From assembly GCF_049243625.1 (NCBI RefSeq), contig NZ_CP046975.1: DNA of 32,000 nt; one strand, given 5' to 3'. The position numbers and the translations under genes are program-made. This DNA is from Corynebacterium amycolatum. Its GTDB lineage: Bacteria; Actinomycetota; Actinomycetes; Mycobacteriales; Mycobacteriaceae. Shown piece by piece: positions 26,773 to 32,000 of this stretch. The notes under the pieces were generated by a model, which was given only the letters and a program-made list of their open reading frames with translations, made no database searches and had not been told where the DNA came from. The first letter of the stretch is position 1; each line of letters begins with the position of its first letter.

Positions 26773-26925
26773 ATGAGCAGTGGTGTCGCGCTCTGTATGG
26801 CACTGGTACCGATTCTCCTGGGCTATCTGCTCTTCGGACACCGGCTCATACGCGTCATTCCAAGCACCGCGACAACGCTCCAGGGAACACCCGCCAGGTC
26901 AGGAAGTTTTATTCCGTCGACATAA
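26773..26925 (+). pseudogene. Possible remnant of a DMT/EamA-type transporter C-terminus
   Basis: MSSGVALCMALVPILLGYLLFGHRL resembles the EamA motif P-x4-LG-x-L-x-GE-x-L. There is no SD and no full-length frame. Confidence 0.2.
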
Positions 26926-26997
26926 GGCCTCGGCCAGAACCGGGAATGTGACCGTCGGAGGATTGCACCGTGTGTATCCTTTGAGTGTCATTGAGCC

Positions 26998-28740
26998 TTG
27001 AAGGAGCAAGAAAAGAGCATGCCCCACCCACGCGCCGTCTCTAGGATGGACATCCGGCCGCGTGCCCTGCGTTTCGCACCGCGCCGCTCGGACTGGTCCC
27101 GCGCGACAATCGGGCGCGACCTATCGGCAGGCCTCATGGTGGCCCTCGTCGCACTCCCCCTCGGGCTCGGCTTCGGCGTAGCGTCCGGTGTCGGTGCGGC
27201 GGCCGGAATTACGACGGCCATCGTCGCGGGCATCCTGGCCGCGATCTTCGGCGGTAGCAATGTCCAGGTAAGCGGCCCGACCGGCGCAATGACCGTCGTG
27301 TTAATCCCCATCGTGGCCAACCATGGTGCCGATGGGGTACTCGTCGTCGGCGTGCTGGCAGGGCTCATGCTGCTCTTGTTGGCGTTCACCGGCGCTGGCC
27401 GCGCGATGAAGTACATGCCACTACCTGTCGTCGAAGGTTTCACCGCCGGTATTGCGTTAATCATCGGCCTCCAACAGCTGCCCGCAGCACTTGGTGTTGA
27501 CGTGGACGGCGAGAAAGTCCTCGGGTTGGCGTGGGGCTCGATCAAAGCTTAGTTGGACGCTCCGGCATGGCAGGCGCCCGTGCTGACCATTGCAGTGGCG
27601 GCTGGAATCGTGCTTGCTGCGCGCGTTCGTAGCGGCTTCCCCGCGGCGCTGGTGTTGGTAGCTGCCGCGACGGCCATCAACATGCTGGCAGACAGCAGCC
27701 TGAAGACAATCGGCTACATCCCGTCGACGTTGCCTGCTCCGCGCTGGCCACAGATCCCGTGGGAGCACCTGGATTCGCTTCTGTTGGCAGCAGTCGCCGT
27801 CGCAGCTCTCGGCGCGTTGGAATCGTTACTATCTGCGACGGTTGCCGACGCAATGACTGTTGGCGACCGGCACGATCCCGACCGCGAGCTCTTCGGACAG
27901 GGCGTGGCCAACGTCGTCGCGCCCCTGTTCGGCGGGATTCCCGCGACCGCCGCGATCGCCCGAACTGCCGTCAATGTGCGGGCAGGCGCAGGCACACGCC
28001 TGGCAGCGGTGTTCCATTCGCTGCTCCTGCTCGTCGCCGTACTCGTCGCGGCCCGGTGGGTGGGCGAGATTCCTCTCGCCGCGCTCGCCGGCGTGCTCAT
28101 CGCCACAGCGATTCAGATGATCCACCTGCGGAACCTCCGCTCGGTGATGCGCGCCACCAAGGGCGACGGGGCCACCCTGCTCATCACGGCTGCCGCCACC
28201 GTCGTGTTCGACCTTGTCGTCGCCGTACTCATCGGCCTTGTTATGGCGGGCTTCTTCGCACTGCGCGATACCGCCCGCACGGCGGTGCTGGAAGCCGCCC
28301 CGCTAGACGAGGGAGACCACCGCGACAAGGAGCGTGAGCTTCTCGACGAGCACATCGCCGCCTTCCGTATGGAAGGCCCCCTCTTCTTTGGTGCAGCGCA
28401 CGATTTCCTCCTCGAGCTCGCTGATGTCTCGTCGGTCAAGGTTGTCGTGCTCCGCATGCGCTACGTTACGACGATCGACGCCACCGGCGCCCAGATGCTC
28501 GCCGACACGATTGGGCGCCTCGAACGCCACGGTACCAGGGTCTTGCTCGCAGCCACGAAGCCCGAACATATTCCGGCGTTGCGCGAACTCGGCGTATTCG
28601 ACCAACTTGCGCACGAGAATCACGTCTTCGACAACACTCTCGACGCCATCGCCCACGCCCGACTGCATGCCGCACGCATTCAGCATGAAGAGTCTGATGG
28701 CGCACCCGCGGCATCGCAAAGAAATCAGCATGACGAGTAG
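26998..28740 (+). pseudogene. SulP-family anion permease with C-terminal STAS domain, interrupted by one in-frame TAG (27550-27552)
   Basis: Two track ORFs (26998-27552 and 27553-28740) are in the same frame and contiguous: ...GLAWGSIKA * LDAPAWQAPVLTIAV... SulP blocks include SGPTGAMTVV and GALESLLSATVADA. The STAS part reads AFRMEGPLFFGAAHDF...IDATGAQML. The likely true start is the ATG at 27019. Confidence 0.8.
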
Positions 28741-28826
28741 CGCTGTCGAGCCTGTAGTCGTGAGGCCGCCTTCTAAGGTGACGACTCACGCGACCGCCAT
28801 AACGCGAAGCATCAATAACGCTCAAC

Positions 28827-28883
28827 GTTAAACTTGAACTCCACGACGTGTCGTTGCAAAGTCACCTTCTCATTCGTGAATAG
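28827..28883 (+). repeat. Copy 1 of a ~50-nt diverged direct repeat
   Basis: GTTAAACTTGAACTCCACGACGTGTCGTTGCAAAGTCACCTTCTCATTCGTGAATAG. By eye, roughly three quarters of positions match copy 3. It shares both ends (GTTRAA.CTTRAAC ... CGTGAATAG) with copy 2. Confidence 0.75.
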
Positions 28884-29045
28884 CAGCTAAAAACCACCAC
28901 ACCCGGCTATGTGTGGCAAAGCTAGAGTGCACACCAGGTAACCTCAGCCCCCGTTCCTCGTGCAGCAGCGTCCTTTAACAAGACATACATGGGATTCGCC
29001 CCATATACGGTTAATTCAGGCTTCCGCTGTCGCCCCAAGCGACCC

Positions 29046-29093
29046 GTTGAAACTTAAACGAACGGTCCGTGCGGAACGCTCGGCCGTGAATAG
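29046..29093 (+). repeat. Copy 2 (shorter) of the diverged direct repeat
   Basis: GTTGAAACTTAAACGAACGGTCCGTGCGGAACGCTCGGCCGTGAATAG. Confidence 0.6.
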
Positions 29094-29142
29094 GATTGAT
29101 GCCGCGCAAAGGCGGGCGCGAATGCATTAAACGTCCTGCCTA

Positions 29143-29151
29143 CCCCCCCCC
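29143..29151. repeat. C9 homopolymer tract
   Basis: Nine consecutive C residues lie 84 nt upstream of the DUF488 start. Confidence 0.95.
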
Positions 29152-29234
29152 GTTCTACCGGTCCGACCACCTACCGATGCACGATATCTGGACGCCGATG
29201 TGGGGGTACCCGCTGGGCGCGTAGCATTGGCGAC

Positions 29235-29765
29235 ATGCGCATTTTCACCGTGGGCCACTCCAACCTCGAGTTTGAGGACTTCGCTAAAATGATTAAGGCT
29301 GCCGGTGTGGCATCCATCGTGGATGTGCGCAAGCTGCCCGGGTCCAGGAAGTACCCGTGGTTCAACGGCGAACACCTTCCCACATGTGGCATCACCTACA
29401 GCAGAAGCGAGGGCCTCACCGGGCGGCGCAACGTGTCACACTCGGTGCCGTTTGAGGTTAACGGCAACTGGCGTAACCGCAGTTTCCACAATTACGCCGA
29501 CCATGCGCTGGGCGAGGAGTTCTCGGACGCGCTCTCGCAGCTACGGGCAAACGCCGCCGAAACCCCCACCGTAATCATGTGCTCCGAGGCAGTGTGGTGG
29601 CGGTGCCACCGGCGTATCATCGCCGACCACCTCATCGCCCACGGTGACGAGGTTGGCCACATTATGGGCCTGGGTGCAGCCGGGGCGAAGGTGAGCGAGG
29701 CAACGCTCAACGACGGCGCAGTCATCGGCAACGATCTCCTCGTGCGCTACCCCGAGCGGGGCTAG
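29235..29765 (+). CDS. DUF488-family protein
   Basis: The N-terminus is MRIFTVGHSN. The block VIMCSEAVWWRCHRRIIADHL is the C-x-E...CHR signature of DUF488. Confidence 0.85.
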   Translation: MRIFTVGHSNLEFEDFAKMIKAAGVASIVDVRKLPGSRKYPWFNGEHLPTCGITYSRSEGLTGRRNVSHSVPFEVNGNWRNRSFHNYADHALGEEFSDALSQLRANAAETPTVIMCSEAVWWRCHRRIIADHLIAHGDEVGHIMGLGAAGAKVSEATLNDGAVIGNDLLVRYPERG

Positions 29766-30045
29766 CGCATACACCAAAGGCCGGGGTGCGGATGCTCGGA
29801 CTACGCCCCAGTCAGCCACGGCATCCGCCTCGGCCTGACCTCAGGCGCGACCTACGCCTTGTATTCATGGAGCGCCCGCCCCTTATGAGCAGCAGCATCG
29901 GCGGCACACCAGCGGATAGCACGCTCAAACGAGTTTTAGGTTAGGAAATCTGAACCGCACAACCCAAGAAGACCACCGGGAACCCCGGTAGTGCCCCAAA
30001 GCGTCGAATCGAAAAACGTGCTACCGACTTGTCACGGACCTAGAT

Positions 30046-30097
30046 GTTGAACTTAAACTCGACGGTATGTAGTTGCAAAGTTACTTTCTCGTTAGCC
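30046..30097 (+). repeat. Copy 3 of the diverged direct repeat
   Basis: GTTGAACTTAAACTCGACGGTATGTAGTTGCAAAGTTACTTTCTCGTTAGCC. Confidence 0.75.
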
Positions 30098-30322
30098 TGC
30101 AACAATCAGAAAACAGTAATTACGTCAGTACACAGAGAACATATGGGCGCGTGGAAACACGTAAAGGTTTTGCGGGATGGCGTGGACGTCAACGTGAAGA
30201 TTCTGGAGAACCTCGCCGCCCACGTCGCTCCCGCGTTGGGTTGGCAGCCGAATCACGAAGGCCCAGTTACCGGCTATCCCATCGAATAATTCCTGCAGGC
30301 CGCAAGCTCTTCGCTTCAATGT

Positions 30323-30371
30323 CAGTTCAGCGCGTGTTGAATAGTTCAGTAATTGCTGTATAGTTCACCCC
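30323..30371 (+). promoter_or_regulatory. Candidate cmtR promoter/operator: three AGTTCA motifs at 19-nt spacing, TATAGT -10 box 7 nt before the ATG
   Basis: AGTTCA occurs at 30324, 30343 and 30362. ATAGTTCA is repeated at 30341 and 30360. TATAGT lies at 30359-30364. There is no SD before the ATG at 30372, which implies a leaderless mRNA. Confidence 0.35.
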
Positions 30372-30731
30372 ATGCTGACTATTGCTTCACGCCTCGACGT
30401 CATGAACCGGCTCGGCCGGGCCATGGCGGATCCGACGCGCTCCAGAATCCTGCTGACCCTACTCGACGGCCCGAGCTACCCAGCCGTGCTTTCGCGCGAC
30501 CTGGACCTGACCCGCTCGAACGTCTCGAACCACCTGACCTGCTTGCGTGACTGCGGCATCGTCGTCGCCGAGCCGGAGGGCCGCAAGACACGCTACGAAA
30601 TCGCCGATCCGCACCTCGCGACAGCGCTCAACGCGCTAGTGAACGCGACGTTGGCTGTCGACGAAAACGCCCCGTGCATCGACCCGGAGTGCTCGGTGCC
30701 TGGCTGCGACGGAAAAGGAGCGGACGCATGA
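30372..30731 (+). CDS. cmtR: ArsR/SmtB-family metal sensor, CmtR-like (Cd/Pb type)
   Basis: Close resemblance to M. tuberculosis CmtR as I remember it: LGRAMADPTRSRILLTLLDGPSYP, LTRSNVSNHLTCLRDCGIVVA (Cys pair C-x3-C in helix 4). The C-terminal tail is Cys-rich (APCIDPECSVPGCDG). Confidence 0.85.
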   Translation: MLTIASRLDVMNRLGRAMADPTRSRILLTLLDGPSYPAVLSRDLDLTRSNVSNHLTCLRDCGIVVAEPEGRKTRYEIADPHLATALNALVNATLAVDENAPCIDPECSVPGCDGKGADA

Positions 30732-32000
30732 GTTCAGCATGTGGATGTGAACACGAACCAGCCACGGAGATCGAAGATCTCGATCGGCCATGGTGGAAGG
30801 ACCCCGAGTTGCTACTGCCAATCTTCTCCGGCGTAGCCCTCTGCATAGGTCTGGCGCTGGGCTGGTCCGGGCTAGAGACACCCGCGACAGTACTGTTCTG
30901 GGTCGGCCTGCTGCTAGGGGCGTATACGTTCGCGCCCGGCGCTATCCGGAACCTTGCCACGAAGCGCAAGCTCGGCATTGGTTTGCTGATGACGATTAGC
31001 GCGGTCGGCGCGGTAATCCTCGGTTACGTCGGAGAGGCCGCGGCGCTAGCGTTCCTGTACTCGATCGCCGAGGCACTGGAAGACAAGGCGATGGACCGGG
31101 CCCAGGGCGGACTGCGGGCACTGTTGAAGCTGGTACCGCAAACCGCGACCGTGCTGCGCGACGGTACGACGGCCGAGGTCGCTGCGAAGGACCTTGAGGT
31201 TGGCGAGCTAATGGTCGTACGCCCCGGGGAGCGGATCGCCACGGACGGCATCATTCGGTCCGGACGCTCCAGCCTTGACACCTCAGCGATCACCGGAGAA
31301 TCCATTCCGGAGGAGGTTGCGCCCGGCGACGAGGTACCCGCGGGAGCGATCAACTCCACCGGTGTGCTGGAGGTCGAGACGACCGCAGCTGGAACGGACA
31401 ACTCGCTGACCACACTCGTCGACCTCGTCGAGCAGGCGCAGGCGGAGAAGGGTGACCGCGCCCGGATCGCCGACCGAATTGCCCAACCCCTAGTGCCCGG
31501 GGTGATGATCCTGGCGGTGCTGGTCGGCGTGATCGGCTCGCTGCTGGGCGACCCCGAGACGTGGATCACCCGTGCGCTGGTGGTCCTGGTCGCAGCGTCG
31601 CCGTGCGCGCTGGCAATCTCCGTGCCGCTGACGGTCGTGGCCGCGATCGGCGCGGCCAGCCAGTTCGGAGTAGTCATCAAGTCCGGCGCAGCGTTCGAGC
31701 GACTCGGCAGCATCCGTCACCTAGCGGTGGACAAGACCGGAACCCTTACCCGCAACCAGCCCGAGGTTACCGGAGTGGTCCCGGCAGAAGGATTCGATCG
31801 GGCGCAGGTGCTTTCCTTCGCGGCGGCGGTTGAGCAGCAATCGACGCACCCCCTCGCCGCGGCGATTGTGGCAGCGGAGCCCGAAGCGCCCACCGCCTTG
31901 GATATCAGCGAGGAAGCCGGTCATGGCATCGGCGGCACCGTCGAAGGCCGACGGGTGCTGGTGGGCAGCCCCCGATGGATCGACGCCGGGCCACTGAAGG
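30728..32000 (+). CDS. P1B-type heavy-metal-translocating ATPase, N-terminal ~424 aa; continues past the window end
   Basis: It is not in the ORF track because no stop occurs before the edge. The ATG overlaps the cmtR stop (ATGA). Translation starts MSSACGCEHEPATE... and includes AITGESIP (actuator), VAASPCALAISVP (SPC metal site) and DKTGTLT (phosphorylation site). There is no HMA domain. Confidence 0.9.
   Translation, partial: MSSACGCEHEPATEIEDLDRPWWKDPELLLPIFSGVALCIGLALGWSGLETPATVLFWVGLLLGAYTFAPGAIRNLATKRKLGIGLLMTISAVGAVILGYVGEAAALAFLYSIAEALEDKAMDRAQGGLRALLKLVPQTATVLRDGTTAEVAAKDLEVGELMVVRPGERIATDGIIRSGRSSLDTSAITGESIPEEVAPGDEVPAGAINSTGVLEVETTAAGTDNSLTTLVDLVEQAQAEKGDRARIADRIAQPLVPGVMILAVLVGVIGSLLGDPETWITRALVVLVAASPCALAISVPLTVVAAIGAASQFGVVIKSGAAFERLGSIRHLAVDKTGTLTRNQPEVTGVVPAEGFDRAQVLSFAAAVEQQSTHPLAAAIVAAEPEAPTALDISEEAGHGIGGTVEGRRVLVGSPRWIDAGPLK

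Noticed and set aside
27714-28825. Multiple overlapping ORFs on both strands within SulP (27714-28106, 27759-28337, 28113-28457, 28303-28731, 28334-28831, 28466-28825)
   Set aside because: These are Arg/Pro/Ser-rich translations in alternative frames of a very GC-rich gene. The SulP/STAS frame explains the region.
30044-30319. Overlapping small ORFs (plus 30044-30289, minus 30125-30319) between DUF488 and cmtR
   Set aside because: The internal plus-strand frame from the ATG at 30143 (MGAWKHVKVLRDGVDVNVKILENL..., 48 aa) has GC3-rich codons and may be a gene fragment. It has no convincing SD and no family I recognise, and it sits among decayed repeats. The evidence is too weak to call a gene.
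30628-31713. Minus-strand ORFs 30628-30978 and 31024-31713 (up to 229 aa)
   Set aside because: They lie antisense to the plus-strand frame carrying TGES, SPC and DKTGTLT motifs. That frame is missing from the track only because it has no stop before the window end.
1-32000. Search for CRISPR arrays, rRNA/tRNA genes, intact IS elements or integrases
   Set aside because: I saw no regularly spaced direct repeats, no rRNA-like conserved blocks, no cloverleaf candidates and no transposase or recombinase motifs in any long frame.

Overview
This window looks like high-GC actinobacterial chromosome, Corynebacterium/Mycobacteriales-like. That guess rests on gene content (treS-pep2, GuaB1-type IMPDH paralogue, glutaminase with a STAS tail, a CmtR-type regulator), GTG/TTG starts and apparent leaderless genes. 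Positions 1 to about 21.7 kb are densely packed housekeeping and lipid/glycerol genes: treS (5' truncated), maltokinase, an ABC exporter, a DAGK-family lipid kinase, an AGPS-like FAD oxidase, glpD, a MalY/PatB-type aminotransferase, a secreted PAP2 phosphatase, 3-hydroxybutyryl-CoA dehydrogenase, a lipoprotein coupled to an ABM monooxygenase, a gamma-carbonic-anhydrase-like protein, nicotinamidase, DUF808, YchJ, guaB1, glsA and a patatin-like lipase. From about 21.7 kb the content becomes accessory. It starts with a sequence I read as an M-box (Mg2+) riboswitch in front of a membrane-less MgtE-like CBS protein, followed by an MFS transporter, a Met-rich lipoprotein, a 2H phosphoesterase, an amphi-Trp protein and a Lys-rich/4-Cys small protein. 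From about 26.4 kb to the window end the DNA is visibly more GC-rich. This stretch holds a SulP/STAS permease interrupted by one in-frame TAG, three diverged copies of a ~50-nt repeat around a DUF488 gene, two C9 homopolymer tracts, gene remnants, and a cmtR-like regulator overlapping (ATGA) a P1B-type ATPase that runs off the right edge and is absent from the supplied ORF track. I found no rRNA, tRNA, CRISPR array, intact transposase or integrase. Second-look items include the M-box/soluble MgtE-like module, a Shine-Dalgarno-preceded sORF with four consecutive Cys codons in an otherwise empty 680-bp gap, the Lys-rich CC-x5-C-x2-C protein, and the repeat/poly-C architecture of the GC-rich island. 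All functional calls come from motif recognition by eye. No searches were run.
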